DNA of 64,000 nucleotides from Actibacterium ureilyticum (GCF_002285435.1 NZ_NSBT01000037.1:1006313-1070312); one strand, 5' to 3'. Counted from the first letter of the stretch, positions 42,178 through 52,384 are shown. Notes: generated by a model from the letters alone, not told the origin. Program-made: numbers and translations.

Positions 42178-45100
42178 TCAGTCGTCGTCCATCGCGTCGA
42201 CCACCTCGCTGACCTTGTCATAGATGTCCTTGACCTCGTCGATCACCTCGCTGATCGGCGGGTTGGGAATGTGCTCCAGGATTTCCTGCGCGGTGTTTTC
42301 AATGATCTCGCCAATCGGGCCACGATCTTTGCTTTCGATCCATTTGCTGACCGTACCGGTGGGGTCTCGAACGAAATTCTCGCCCTCTTCCACCACGTCA
42401 TCGACGAAATCACCGACCTGATCGCCGATGCTTTCATCCTCGTCCTCATCCTCGCACTTGTCGCCGCGCGCCTTCTCGTCCTCCAGCTCCTGTTCGGTGC
42501 GCTCGGCTTCCGCGTCCTCCAGCTCTTCCTGACGTGCCAGGATCGCCTCGGCCTCGGCCTTGACTTCGGCGGCCTTTTCCAGCGCGGCGTCATAATCGCC
42601 AGCCACTCCCAGGCTCTTCGCGTCTTCATAAAGACCGCGCAGCGCCTCTGCCCGAACAGCCAAATCCTCGGGTTCGGTCACGGCAACCGCACGGGTATAG
42701 ACACTCAGCAGCCCGCTCATGCGTTCATCGAACCGGATCTTGTCGCCCTGCAGCGCCTCTTCGGCCTTGTCGAACGCCGCCAGCGCGCCTTCGACCTCGG
42801 CGGCCTTCTGGATCGCGCGGCGATAGTCATTGTCGTCTTCGACAATGTCCTTCATCGTCTTGAACGCCGCTGTCACCGCATTCAACAGGGGCACGAGCTC
42901 TTCTTCCGAGGTATTTGGCGACCCTTCGGCCGCCGTCACGCGCGGCTGAAGCGACTCCAGCTTGCCCTCGTATTCTGCCTTCAACTCGCCTTCGGTTTTC
43001 AGCGCGTCCTCCAGCAGGCGCATCTTTTCGTTGAATGCCGACAGCTTGTCGGTGATCGCATCCAGATCATCGCCATTCAGCACGCCCTCAAGCGCCTCTT
43101 TCGCGCCTTCGGCAGCCTTGTATTCATCCTCGGCGCGACCCTCGGCATCGCTTGGCAGCGCCTCCCAACGGCGCAGCGCAGCGCGGGCTTCGGCGATCTT
43201 CTTCTCTTTCGCGACCAGCAGCTCGGAATGGCGATCCTCGATATTCTGCGCCCGGCGCATCAGTTCTTCGGCCTTGGATTTGGCTTCGGCATAATTCTCG
43301 GTGCCTGCCGCCGTTTCCATCGCGGATTTCAGATCGTCGAGCTCGCCTGCCGCCTTCGACAGCTCTTCGAACTCTTCGGCCTTTTCCTTGGCATTGTCAT
43401 AGGCGGCAATCGCCAGGTCGCGCACGATCTCATAGGCTTCGCGGGCATCGCCGAACTGGTCGACCTTTTCCAAGTACTTGTCGATCAGCGCATTGACCTC
43501 GTCGGCCTTGGCAACGGCGTCGATATATTCGTCGGCATCGCCCAGCGCGGTCATTGCGTCATGGCCCTGGATCACCGCGTCGGCGGCGGATTGCGCTTCT
43601 TCGATGGTATTGGCCCGCACCACGGCGATCTTGTCGGCCATATCGGCGGCCAGCTTTTCATAGACGGCCTTTTGCAGCGTCAACTGTTCGTTCAGCGCAA
43701 CGATGGCGGTCAGCTTACCCTCCAGCTGCTCCATCTTCGTCATCGCCTCGCGCAGGCGTGCCGCGGCGGCGTCGGCCTGCATCGCGGTGTAAAGGTCCTC
43801 GATCTCCTGCTTGTCGTCGATGAGCGATTTGAAGGTGAAGCCGCGCGCGGTTTCAACGCGCGGTTCGACCAGTGCAAGGCGGCGCTTGTATTCCTTCAGC
43901 AGGGCTCCCAGCACCTGAAACTCGGCCAGTGGCGCGATCAGCGCGGTCGCCTTCTGTACGGCGGTCTGGTAATCCGTCGCCTCGGCGGCGGCCAGCATCT
44001 CGTCCCGCAGCGCCAGGATCTCGGCCTTTTTACCGGCCAGTTCCTCGTGATCGCAGGATTCCACATCCTCGATCTGACCCTTGATCGAGTCATAGAGCGC
44101 CTCGTACTGGACGCGCAGCGCCTCCAGATCGCCCATGCGGGCCTCCAGATCGTTCAGCTTGCGCTCGATGGCGTTCAGGTGATCCAGCGCGGTCGGAAAA
44201 TCCAGCGCGGTCGCGGCCTGTTCCATGTTGGCGCGCAGCGTCGTCAACTCGCCCCGCACCGGTTCCAGCTCGGCGAAATCGCATTGCATCAGCCCGTCGA
44301 ACCGCGCAATCAACGGCGGCATCCGGGTTTCAAATTCGGCCCGCGCGGCATCCAGACTGTCGCGAGTCGCCTCGATCCCGTCCAGCGCGACCGCCAGTTG
44401 GTCCAGCATCGTCAGCGCCTGGATGTAATCGCCCTGCGTCACCGCATCCTCGATCTGCGTGCGCAGATCGATCAGTGCCTGATGATCGGGCAAAAGCTGC
44501 GGGTATTCGCATTGCGACACGCCATCGCAGCGCGCCAGCACATCCGGCGACCGGCGCTCGTATTCCTCCCTAGCCGCATCCTGCGCCGCGATCAGCCCCA
44601 TCAGCGCGGCGATCTGCCCCTCGGCGGTCTGCAACAGCGCAATCGCCTGGATATAGTCGCCTGCGGCGGCTGCGGATTCCGCCTGTGCTTTCAAATCCGT
44701 AATCGCGATGCTCATGTCATCCAGCACCGGATAGGTGCAGACGGCGGCATCGGCAAATTGCGGTTCCAGCCGCGCCAGAAGCTCTTCGAATTCACGGCCC
44801 AGACGGGCCTGTTCCAACTCGACCAGATAGGCGTCGATCATCTGCACCAGACCATCCATCTCGCTCAGCGCGGTCTCGTAGTCGTGGTTGGTCGCCGCCG
44901 CGTGCATCCGGTCGGCCGAGGCATTGATATCGCTCTGCTGCTGCGCCAGCGCCGGGAACTCGGTGGTCTGGCACTGGGCCAGATCGGCCTCGACCCCCGG
45001 CAGGCGGGAGTCATAAATCTCCTGCTCGGTCGCGGATTCCTCGAACGCGGTGAGGAACGTGTCGATCTTGCCCGACAGGTCCGCAATCATCTCAAGCGCG

Positions 45101-45912
45101 CGGGCATAGTCGCCCTCTGCCGCCACGGTCGGGATCTGTTCCGACAGCGCGATGATATCTTCCTGCATCGGCACCAGATCGGGATATTCGCAGGTGGCCG
45201 TCTGATGCAGGCGCGGCTGGATCGCGGCCCATTCGCCATCGTATTGCTCGGCCTGCAGGCGCAGGGTTTCAAGGTCGATCTCGACCTGCTCCAAGCGCAG
45301 CACCAATTCCCGCAACAGTTCCAACGCGCTGACATAGTTCACCGCATCCACGTCGGTCTGGATCGGCGGCAGGCCCGCCTCGATGCCCGCCAGATCGTTG
45401 CAGATCTGGTCGCTGATCGGGGGGGCGCCATTCGCGGTCTGCATGCGGGTGTCGAAATCGGCGCGCAGGGTTTCATAGTCGGCCTTGGCCTGAGATTGCA
45501 GAAGATAGTCGTCATAGACCGGGCCCATCGTGGTTTCGGCCTGATCCAGCGCCGTGGTCGCATCGGCCCAGCGCTGATCGTCCACGCACTCGCCAATCGC
45601 GGCGACCTCGTCCTCGACCCCGCCGGCATCGGGATGGCCAAAGGCGCGCAGATCATCCAACCGCGAGCGCAACTGCGAATAATCCCGCGCGCGCCCTTCC
45701 CAGATATTGCGGTTACGCTCGATCTCGGCCCGAAGGTCGGCAATCACCTGTTTTAACTGGTCGATCTTGCCCGCGATCCGGTCAAGCTGCGCCTGTTCGT
45801 CCCGGTCGATCGTGCCGTCAGACATGAAGTCTCTGCGCATCTTGCGTTCTTCGGAAACAAGCGTGTTCGACTGCCGCTCGGCAGCCTCGATCTGTTCAAT
45901 CTTGGGGTTCAT
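42178..45912 (-). CDS. Giant acidic alpha-helical repeat protein (1244 aa): ~8 tandem ~76-aa repeats each starting C-(E/T)-(Y/F)-P and containing GDY..A..L, followed by a coiled-coil region and an Asp/Glu-rich C-terminal tail; unknown function
   Basis: ATG at 45912 behind a GAGGA RBS (ORF extends to a GTG at 45933). No signal peptide or TM. Ala/Glu/Asp/Leu-dominated. Repeats include CEYPDL...GDYARALEM, CTYPVL...GDYIQAIAL, CEYPQL...GDYIQALTM and CDFAEL...LDFPTALDH. Tail EDEDEDESIGDQVGDFVDDVVEEGENF...DAMDDD. Confidence 0.8.
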   Translation of the reverse strand: MNPKIEQIEAAERQSNTLVSEERKMRRDFMSDGTIDRDEQAQLDRIAGKIDQLKQVIADLRAEIERNRNIWEGRARDYSQLRSRLDDLRAFGHPDAGGVEDEVAAIGECVDDQRWADATTALDQAETTMGPVYDDYLLQSQAKADYETLRADFDTRMQTANGAPPISDQICNDLAGIEAGLPPIQTDVDAVNYVSALELLRELVLRLEQVEIDLETLRLQAEQYDGEWAAIQPRLHQTATCEYPDLVPMQEDIIALSEQIPTVAAEGDYARALEMIADLSGKIDTFLTAFEESATEQEIYDSRLPGVEADLAQCQTTEFPALAQQQSDINASADRMHAAATNHDYETALSEMDGLVQMIDAYLVELEQARLGREFEELLARLEPQFADAAVCTYPVLDDMSIAITDLKAQAESAAAAGDYIQAIALLQTAEGQIAALMGLIAAQDAAREEYERRSPDVLARCDGVSQCEYPQLLPDHQALIDLRTQIEDAVTQGDYIQALTMLDQLAVALDGIEATRDSLDAARAEFETRMPPLIARFDGLMQCDFAELEPVRGELTTLRANMEQAATALDFPTALDHLNAIERKLNDLEARMGDLEALRVQYEALYDSIKGQIEDVESCDHEELAGKKAEILALRDEMLAAAEATDYQTAVQKATALIAPLAEFQVLGALLKEYKRRLALVEPRVETARGFTFKSLIDDKQEIEDLYTAMQADAAAARLREAMTKMEQLEGKLTAIVALNEQLTLQKAVYEKLAADMADKIAVVRANTIEEAQSAADAVIQGHDAMTALGDADEYIDAVAKADEVNALIDKYLEKVDQFGDAREAYEIVRDLAIAAYDNAKEKAEEFEELSKAAGELDDLKSAMETAAGTENYAEAKSKAEELMRRAQNIEDRHSELLVAKEKKIAEARAALRRWEALPSDAEGRAEDEYKAAEGAKEALEGVLNGDDLDAITDKLSAFNEKMRLLEDALKTEGELKAEYEGKLESLQPRVTAAEGSPNTSEEELVPLLNAVTAAFKTMKDIVEDDNDYRRAIQKAAEVEGALAAFDKAEEALQGDKIRFDERMSGLLSVYTRAVAVTEPEDLAVRAEALRGLYEDAKSLGVAGDYDAALEKAAEVKAEAEAILARQEELEDAEAERTEQELEDEKARGDKCEDEDEDESIGDQVGDFVDDVVEEGENFVRDPTGTVSKWIESKDRGPIGEIIENTAQEILEHIPNPPISEVIDEVKDIYDKVSEVVDAMDDD

Positions 45913-46177
45913 GGTGTCCTCGATGAATGTCACGCGCGGCGCTGTGAAAGGGCCGCTGAAAAGCTAGGGATTTACAAAATTGGGTGGGCCGAAACGGGCC
46001 CGGGACGATGAAGCGAAACTGACGGAACGGTCCTTGTGAAACGATGGGTGGTTAATTCGAGGTCTTTAAAAATCGGTCTTTGAATGGCGCCCAATCTAGC
46101 GCGAAATCCGGTTCCAGACAATCCTCTGGTGCCAGAAGCCACGGCGCAGGGGGCTGCCCCCGCGCCGTGTCCGGTGG

Positions 46178-47758
46178 TTATTTCTGCACGATACGGCCGT
46201 CCAGATAGGGGGCATAGGGGCCGGATTCGGCCAGGTATTCCGCCGTCACATCGGCCAGGTCGGGGCCGAAATCATAGGCGTTCATCCCCTCGGACGAGAA
46301 CATCTTGTACCCGTCGCCGCCGTTGCGGACGTAGTTGTTGGTCACCACGCCATAGACGCCTTCGGGATCGATGGGCGCCCAGCCGTCGCCGTCCTTGACC
46401 AGCACCTCGGTGATGCGCCCCTCGCCCGCGGCGACAGACGGATCCCAGGTGAATTTCATCCCCGCGACCTGCGGGAAGCGGCCTGCGCCCTCCTCGACCT
46501 GGCTCACGCCGTTTTCCAGCGCGTCGATGATGGTCTGGCCCTTGGCTTGGAAGGTCGACAGGGTGTTCTGGAACGGCAGCACGGTCAGAACCTCGCCCAT
46601 CGTCACCTCGCCCGCGTCGATGCTGGCACGCAGCCCGCCCGAGTTCGCAATCGAGATGGTCACGCCCTGATCGGCCACGCGGGCCAGCATGGCATCGGCC
46701 ACCAGGTTGCCCATCGCGCATTCCTGCACGCGGCAGACCGAGCGGTCGCCCTCGATGGCATCGGCGGCCTGGGCCACGACCTTGCTGCGGATTTCCTCCA
46801 GCGGGGTGGCCAGCTCGGCGATGCGCGACACGGTGCCTGCGTCTTCGGTCACGGCGGCATCCATGACCAGCGGCTCGCCCACGGCCTCGGTGATCTCACC
46901 CGCGTCGTTGAAGGTCACGTTCAGCTCGCCCAGGAATTTGCCATAGGCATAGGCCTGCACGATGGCGGTATTGCCGACCATGGTCGGGTACGGACCCTTG
47001 GCGTCTTCGGACGTGTTGGACAGATAGGTGTTGTCATGGCCGCCCACGATCACGTCGACCCCGGTGGTTTCGGCGGCAACCTTCTGGTCGACACCATAGC
47101 CCGAGTGGCTGAGCACGATGATCTTGTTCACGCCCATCTCGGTCAGCTTGTCGACCTCGCCCTGGACCGCCTGTGCGGGATCGGTGAAGATCACGTTCGG
47201 GCCGGGGCTGGCCAGTTCATCGGTGTCCTGCGGGGTCAGGCCGATCAGGCCCAGCTTCTCACCGCCACGCTCGATCACGGTGGATTTCGCCAGCTTGTCC
47301 GACAGCAGCGGCTCGCCCGAGACATCGGCATTCGACATCAGCACGGGGAAATCGACGGCATCCATGAAGCCGCGCAGAACCTCGGGGCCATCGTCGAACT
47401 CGTGGTTGCCCACGGTCATCGCGTCATAGCCGAGCTTGTTCATCATCTCGGCCGCGACCTTGCCCTTGTAATAGGTATAGAACAGCGTGCCCTGGAACTG
47501 GTCGCCGCCATCGACAAGGATATAGTTGTTGGTGCGCTGCTTGGCGGCCTCGACCGCCGTGACCAGACGCGCGGTGCCGCCGAAACACTTGCCCTCGGCA
47601 TTGTCCTCGGCGCTGCAGGCGCTGTCATATTTCGAAATCGGCTCGAAACGGGCATGGAAATCATTGGTGTGCAGAATTGTCAGCGAATAATCCGCCAGCG
47701 CGGCGCCGGACCCCAGCGTGATGGCAACTGCGGTTGAGGAAAGTAAGCGAATGGACAT
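46178..47758 (-). CDS. Periplasmic bifunctional 5'-nucleotidase/UDP-sugar hydrolase family metallophosphatase
   Basis: Signal peptide MSIRLLSSTAVAITLGSGAALA; HTNDFH and GNHEFD metallophosphatase motifs; 5'-nucleotidase C-terminal domain; GGGAGA RBS. Confidence 0.85.
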   Translation of the reverse strand: MSIRLLSSTAVAITLGSGAALADYSLTILHTNDFHARFEPISKYDSACSAEDNAEGKCFGGTARLVTAVEAAKQRTNNYILVDGGDQFQGTLFYTYYKGKVAAEMMNKLGYDAMTVGNHEFDDGPEVLRGFMDAVDFPVLMSNADVSGEPLLSDKLAKSTVIERGGEKLGLIGLTPQDTDELASPGPNVIFTDPAQAVQGEVDKLTEMGVNKIIVLSHSGYGVDQKVAAETTGVDVIVGGHDNTYLSNTSEDAKGPYPTMVGNTAIVQAYAYGKFLGELNVTFNDAGEITEAVGEPLVMDAAVTEDAGTVSRIAELATPLEEIRSKVVAQAADAIEGDRSVCRVQECAMGNLVADAMLARVADQGVTISIANSGGLRASIDAGEVTMGEVLTVLPFQNTLSTFQAKGQTIIDALENGVSQVEEGAGRFPQVAGMKFTWDPSVAAGEGRITEVLVKDGDGWAPIDPEGVYGVVTNNYVRNGGDGYKMFSSEGMNAYDFGPDLADVTAEYLAESGPYAPYLDGRIVQK

Positions 47759-47884
47759 GGAAGTCTCCCGTTGCATATCCTGTTCAGATTGACGCCGGGC
47801 CCGGCACGAGTCAAAGCCCGATTGCAGCCACTTGACGTAACGTCCGACAGAGTCGTGTGGGAAGAGTGGACCAAAAACAACGGC

Positions 47885-48490
47885 TTAAGACAATGCGAAT
47901 GTGCCCCCGTCCGCCGCACGCAACCAGGGGCCGCACAGCGTCGCGGCCAGCGTATCGGTGTCGGCTGTCAGTTTCCCCGCCAACAGCCGCATCCAGGCCA
48001 GCCCCATCAGCGCGTCGATGGCAATCTCCAGGTCCAGACCGGGCGACAGCTCGCCCCGGTCGGCGGCTCTGGCCAGCATGGACCGCAGCCCGTCGCGGCG
48101 TTCCTGGCGATATTCCTCCAACGCCTCGGCCATGTCGGGATCGGATTGCGCACCGGCGATGATCAGCCGGAAAAGCCGTCCGTCCGGGCGCGACCAGAAC
48201 GCGAAAAGCAGCTTGTAAAACAGCGCGATATCGGTTTGCAGCGCGCCGGTATCGGGCAGCGCGAAATCGGCCTTGGACCGTTCGTAAACCGCCAGGATCA
48301 GTCGCCCGCGCGTCGGCCACCAGCGATACAGCGTCGCCTTGCCCGCCTGTGCGCGCCTGGCGACGGCCTCCATCTTCAGGCCTGCGATGCCGACCTCGTG
48401 CAGGATCGATTCGGCGGCATCCAGGATCGCCTTTTCGGTTTCCGGATTCCGCCGCGCACCGATGGACCTGCGCGAAATCTCTGCGGGCAT
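47885..48490 (-). CDS. TetR/AcrR family transcriptional regulator
   Basis: N-terminal HTH (ILDAAESILHEVGIAGLKMEAVARRAQAGKATLYRWW); start MPAEISRRS behind an AAGGGAGG RBS. Confidence 0.85.
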   Translation of the reverse strand: MPAEISRRSIGARRNPETEKAILDAAESILHEVGIAGLKMEAVARRAQAGKATLYRWWPTRGRLILAVYERSKADFALPDTGALQTDIALFYKLLFAFWSRPDGRLFRLIIAGAQSDPDMAEALEEYRQERRDGLRSMLARAADRGELSPGLDLEIAIDALMGLAWMRLLAGKLTADTDTLAATLCGPWLRAADGGTFALS

Positions 48491-48512
48491 GTGGGCCTCC
48501 CTTGACATATCG

Positions 48513-48548
48513 GAACGTCGCGTTCATATAATCGGAACATTCCGTTCC
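48513..48548. promoter_or_regulatory. Two operator-like palindromes (GAACG-tcg-CGTTC and GGAAC-attcc-GTTCC) in the tetR / small-membrane-gene divergent intergenic region
   Basis: Inverted repeats sharing GGAAC/GTTCC half-sites lie between divergent start codons; typical TetR autoregulatory layout. Confidence 0.5.
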
Positions 48549-48561
48549 ATAGGAGCCTTTC

Positions 48562-48780
48562 ATGTCTCATCCCGCCCGTAAACCCTCGCGCGTCAGATTT
48601 GCGATTTTCGTCTTTCTGGGCGTCTATCCGCTGGTCACGCTGCTGTCCTATGTGCTGGGGCCGCTGGTGCTGCACCTGCCCGTGTGGGAGCGGAACCTGA
48701 TCACCGTTCCGATCATCGTCGTCTGCATGGTCTGGTTCATCATCCCGCAGATTCAGATGCGCTGCGCGCGCTGGCTCTGA
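48562..48780 (+). CDS. Small hydrophobic membrane protein (72 aa, 2 TM), divergent from tetR
   Basis: AGGAG RBS 7 nt before ATG; hydrophobic sequence VRFAIFVFLGVYPLVTLLSYVLGPLVL... Confidence 0.55.
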   Translation: MSHPARKPSRVRFAIFVFLGVYPLVTLLSYVLGPLVLHLPVWERNLITVPIIVVCMVWFIIPQIQMRCARWL

Positions 48781-48825
48781 CCAAACGGCATTGACCCGGC
48801 CGGGTTCTCAGGGCATCACCCGGCC

Positions 48826-49164
48826 ATGCTGATTTTCAAGATCTTCCGCCGGCCCGAATGGCAGGCGCTGCAAACCAGCGGCCGCACCAGCGGCGCGCCG
48901 GTCGATCTGGCAGATGGCTTCATCCATTTTTCCACCGCCGCACAGGTCACCGAAACAGCCGCCAAGCATTTCGCTGATGAAAGCGATCTGGTCCTGGTGG
49001 CTGTCGAGGCGGACACCCTGGGCGATGCGCTGAAATGGGAACCATCGCGCGGGGGCGCGCTGTTCCCGCATCTCTATCGCGATCTGACGCTGGCCGATGT
49101 GGTCTGGGACAAGTCGCTGCCGCTGGGCCTGACCGGGCATATCTTCCCCGAGGGCGTGGTATGA
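48826..49164 (+). CDS. DUF952 domain protein
   Basis: 112 aa with FKIFRRPEW...GFIHFST signature; stop overlaps the pyrD start. Confidence 0.7.
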   Translation: MLIFKIFRRPEWQALQTSGRTSGAPVDLADGFIHFSTAAQVTETAAKHFADESDLVLVAVEADTLGDALKWEPSRGGALFPHLYRDLTLADVVWDKSLPLGLTGHIFPEGVV

Positions 49165-50219
49165 GCGCGGTGGAAAAGCTGGGCCTCTGGGCGCTGCACC
49201 GCTGTGATCCCGAACGCGCGCACGGGCTGTCGATCCGCGCGCTGAACGCGGGTCTTGCGCCGCTGCCGGGCACGATCACATCGGACCGGCTGCAAACCGA
49301 TCTGGCAGGGCTTGCGCTGCCCAACCCGGTGGGGCTGGCCGCAGGGTTTGACAAGAATGCCGAAGCGCTGGAGCCGCTGAATCGCGCCGGTTTCGGCTTT
49401 GTCGAGGTCGGCGCCGCCACCCCCCGCCCGCAACCCGGCAACCCCAAGCCGCGCCTTTTTCGGCTGACGCGGGACCGCGCCGTGATCAACCGGTTCGGCT
49501 TCAACAATGACGGGATGGAGGCGATCGCCCGCCGTCTGGCCGCCCGGCCCGAAACCGGGATCGTCGGCCTGAACCTGGGCGCCAACAAGGACAGCGCGGA
49601 TCGCGCCGGCGATTTCGCGCAGGTGCTGACGCGCTGCGGCATGTATCTGGATTTCGCCACGGTCAATGTCAGCTCGCCCAATACCGAAAAGCTGCGCGAT
49701 CTGCAGGGGCGCGCGGCGCTGACCGCATTGCTGGATCGCGTGATGGCCGCCCGCGCCGAGCTGGACCGCCCGATCCCGATCTTTCTGAAGATCGCGCCCG
49801 ATCTGACCGATGACGAACTGGCCGAGATCGCCGAGGTCACGCAGGACGCCAAGCTGTCGGGCATCATCGCCACCAACACCACCCTGTCGCGCGAAGGTCT
49901 GAAAAGTGCGCATCGCGATCAGGCGGGCGGGCTGTCCGGCGCGCCCTTGTTCGAAAAATCCACGCGTGTCCTGGCGCGTCTGTCCCAACTGACCGGCGGG
50001 CAGATGCCGTTGATCGGTGTGGGCGGGATCGGCTCGGCCGAGGACGCCTATGCCAAGATCCGCGCAGGCGCGAGCGCGGTGCAGCTTTACTCTGCGATGG
50101 TCTATCAGGGCCTGTCGCTGGCGCCGCGCATCGTGCGCGGGCTGGACGCGCTGCTGGCGCGCGACGGCTTCGACAGCGTCGCCAGCGCGGTGGGCACCAA
50201 ACGGGACGACTGGCTATGA
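49161..50219 (+). CDS. pyrD: Dihydroorotate dehydrogenase (quinone), class 2
   Basis: N-terminal membrane-association helix and FMN-binding TIM barrel ([20 protein letters not shown]). Confidence 0.9.
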   Translation: MSAVEKLGLWALHRCDPERAHGLSIRALNAGLAPLPGTITSDRLQTDLAGLALPNPVGLAAGFDKNAEALEPLNRAGFGFVEVGAATPRPQPGNPKPRLFRLTRDRAVINRFGFNNDGMEAIARRLAARPETGIVGLNLGANKDSADRAGDFAQVLTRCGMYLDFATVNVSSPNTEKLRDLQGRAALTALLDRVMAARAELDRPIPIFLKIAPDLTDDELAEIAEVTQDAKLSGIIATNTTLSREGLKSAHRDQAGGLSGAPLFEKSTRVLARLSQLTGGQMPLIGVGGIGSAEDAYAKIRAGASAVQLYSAMVYQGLSLAPRIVRGLDALLARDGFDSVASAVGTKRDDWL

Positions 50220-50563
50220 CCGACATCACCATCTGGCACAATCCGCGCTGCTCCAAGTCCCGCCAGACGCTGGCGCTGATCGAGGAGCGCGGCGGCACGA
50301 TCACCATCCGCAAGTATCTGGACGACGCGCCAAGTGCCGACGAGATCCGGGAAACGCTGGCGCTGCTGGGCATGCCCGCGATCCAGATGATGCGCCCGAA
50401 AGAGGCGCTGTTTGCCGAACTGGGCCTGTCGCGCGACGATACCGACGACACGCTGATTGCCGCGATGGCCGCGCATCCCAAGCTGATCGAACGGCCCATC
50501 GTCTTTGCCAATGGCCGCGCCGCGATGGGCCGCCCGCCCGAGGCGGTGTTGCAGATCCTCTAG
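50216..50563 (+). CDS. ArsC/Spx/YffB-family protein (thioredoxin-like fold)
   Basis: [19 protein letters not shown] catalytic Cys motif; 115 aa. Confidence 0.8.
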   Translation: MTDITIWHNPRCSKSRQTLALIEERGGTITIRKYLDDAPSADEIRETLALLGMPAIQMMRPKEALFAELGLSRDDTDDTLIAAMAAHPKLIERPIVFANGRAAMGRPPEAVLQIL

Positions 50564-51882
50564 GCCTTGTCGGCCTCGGCCTCCAACGCCGGATAGCGCA
50601 GGGCCAGTGTGATGCCGCGCACGACGAAGGAAATCAGGAACGCGATCCAAAGCCCGTGATTGCCGAAAGCCGGGATCAACAGCGCCGCGGCGGCGGCATA
50701 GATCAGCGCCGATACGATCATCATGTTGCGCATATCCGCGCTGCGGGTCGCGCCGATGAAGATGCCATCGAACATCCAGGCCGCCACACCCGCCAGCGGC
50801 GCCAGCACCATATAGGGCAGGAAATCGCGCGCCACCTGCCGCACGTCGGGGGCCGTGGTCATCAGGTCGATGATCGCACCGCCAAAGACCGCGAAGCTCA
50901 GGCTCAGCAGGATCACGACGCCCAGCGCCCATTGGCTGGTCATCCACGCCCCCTGCCGCAGCGCGTGACGCGACCGCGCGCCCAGCGCCTGGGCCACCAG
51001 CGCCTCGGCGGCAAACGCGAAGCCATCCATCGCATAGGCGGTGATTTCCAGAAATTGCAGCAGGATCTGGTTCGCCGCCAGCGGCACATCGCCGAAATCG
51101 GCGCCCAGGAACAGGAACGACACGAAAATCGCCTGTAGCAGCACGGACCGGATCAGGATGTCGGAATTGACCTTGGCCATGCGGATCAGCCGGGCGCGGT
51201 CGAAGACGCGCGGCCAGTCGCACCAATCCGCCCCCCGAAACGCATCCCGGCACAGGTAAAGCCCCAGCGCCAGCCCCGACCATTCGGCCAGAAAGGTCGC
51301 AAATGCTACGCCGGTCACGCCCCAGCCCAGCCCCAGCACGAACCACAGGTCCAGCGCGATGTTCAGCCCGTTCATCCACAGCTGGATCATCAACACCGCG
51401 CGCGTGCGCTCTTGCGCGATCAGCCAGCCGGTGATGCCATAAAGCGCGATGGCGGCGGGGGCGGAAAAGATGCGGATGCCCATGTAATCCCGCGCCAGGC
51501 CTTCGACCTCGGCACTGGCGGGCGAGACGCGGAAGGCGCCCGCGAAAAGCGCCGCGCGAAACAGGATCATCAGCACGCCCGCCATGACCCCGATCATCAG
51601 CGCCCGGGTCAGCAGCGCGCGCACCTCGGCCCCGTCGCCCGCGCCCTGCGCCTGTCCCACCAGCCCGGTGGTGCCCATCCGCAGAAAGCCGAAGATCCAG
51701 TAGATCGCCGCCAGGATGATCGCCCCGATCCCCACCGCGCCGATGGGGGCCGCAGCGCCCATCTGGCCTACCACGCCGGTATCGACCGCGCCCAGGATCG
51801 GCACGGTGGCATTCGACAGCACGATGGGCACCGCGATCTTCAGCACCCGCCGATGGGTGACGGCCCGAATCGGTTCAGTCAT
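50560..51882 (-). CDS. MATE family efflux transporter
   Basis: 440 aa, 12 TM, NorM-like conserved loops. Confidence 0.85.
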   Translation of the reverse strand: MTEPIRAVTHRRVLKIAVPIVLSNATVPILGAVDTGVVGQMGAAAPIGAVGIGAIILAAIYWIFGFLRMGTTGLVGQAQGAGDGAEVRALLTRALMIGVMAGVLMILFRAALFAGAFRVSPASAEVEGLARDYMGIRIFSAPAAIALYGITGWLIAQERTRAVLMIQLWMNGLNIALDLWFVLGLGWGVTGVAFATFLAEWSGLALGLYLCRDAFRGADWCDWPRVFDRARLIRMAKVNSDILIRSVLLQAIFVSFLFLGADFGDVPLAANQILLQFLEITAYAMDGFAFAAEALVAQALGARSRHALRQGAWMTSQWALGVVILLSLSFAVFGGAIIDLMTTAPDVRQVARDFLPYMVLAPLAGVAAWMFDGIFIGATRSADMRNMMIVSALIYAAAAALLIPAFGNHGLWIAFLISFVVRGITLALRYPALEAEADKA

Positions 51883-52384
51883 GCGGGTACGGCATCAGGA
51901 AATGCCCCGTCGCCTGGGCGAAAAGCCGGGCGCGATTGTCCTGCCAGGCCTCGACATGCACGCTGGCATAGCGCCGCCCCGAGCGATTGACGCGCGCCCG
52001 CGCATAGGCATCGCGCGGCAGGCCCGAGCGCAGGTAATCCACGGTGAAATCAATCGTCTTGGGCATGCGCGGCATGGTGTCTGGTGTCAGCGAAAGCGGG
52101 TCCAGCTCGCCTGCCTCCATCCGTTCCCAAAGCGTCGACCAGCTGAGCTCCAGATGCGCGGTCATTTCCAGAAAGGCCGCCGTCACCCCGCCATGAAGCG
52201 CGGGCAGCAGCGGGTTGCCGATCAGCTTGTCGTCAAACGGCAGGATCACCGTCAACTCGTCGCCCCGGCGGTCCACATGGATGTCCAGAAACCGCATATA
52301 GGGCACCGCCTGCACCAGCGCGTTGAGCGCCGCATCGCGCCGCTGCTTGACCACCTGCACGGGTTCGCGCGCGGGGCGGCTCAT
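51875..52384 (-). CDS. PaaI-family hotdog-fold thioesterase
   Basis: HGG motif (LHGGVTAAFLE) and hotdog fold. Confidence 0.75.
   Translation of the reverse strand: MSRPAREPVQVVKQRRDAALNALVQAVPYMRFLDIHVDRRGDELTVILPFDDKLIGNPLLPALHGGVTAAFLEMTAHLELSWSTLWERMEAGELDPLSLTPDTMPRMPKTIDFTVDYLRSGLPRDAYARARVNRSGRRYASVHVEAWQDNRARLFAQATGHFLMPYPHD

Noticed and set aside
42271-45756. 1161-aa + strand ORF opposite the giant acidic protein gene
   Set aside because: Leu/Arg/Gly/Gln-rich low-complexity mirror of the minus-strand acidic repeats. It has no RBS, and the minus-strand frame has a far more coherent repeat architecture.
45934-46177. CtrA box (TTAA-N7-TTAA) upstream of the giant gene
   Set aside because: Only TTAA-N10-TTAA (ttaattcgaggtctttaa) is present; the spacing does not fit the CtrA consensus.
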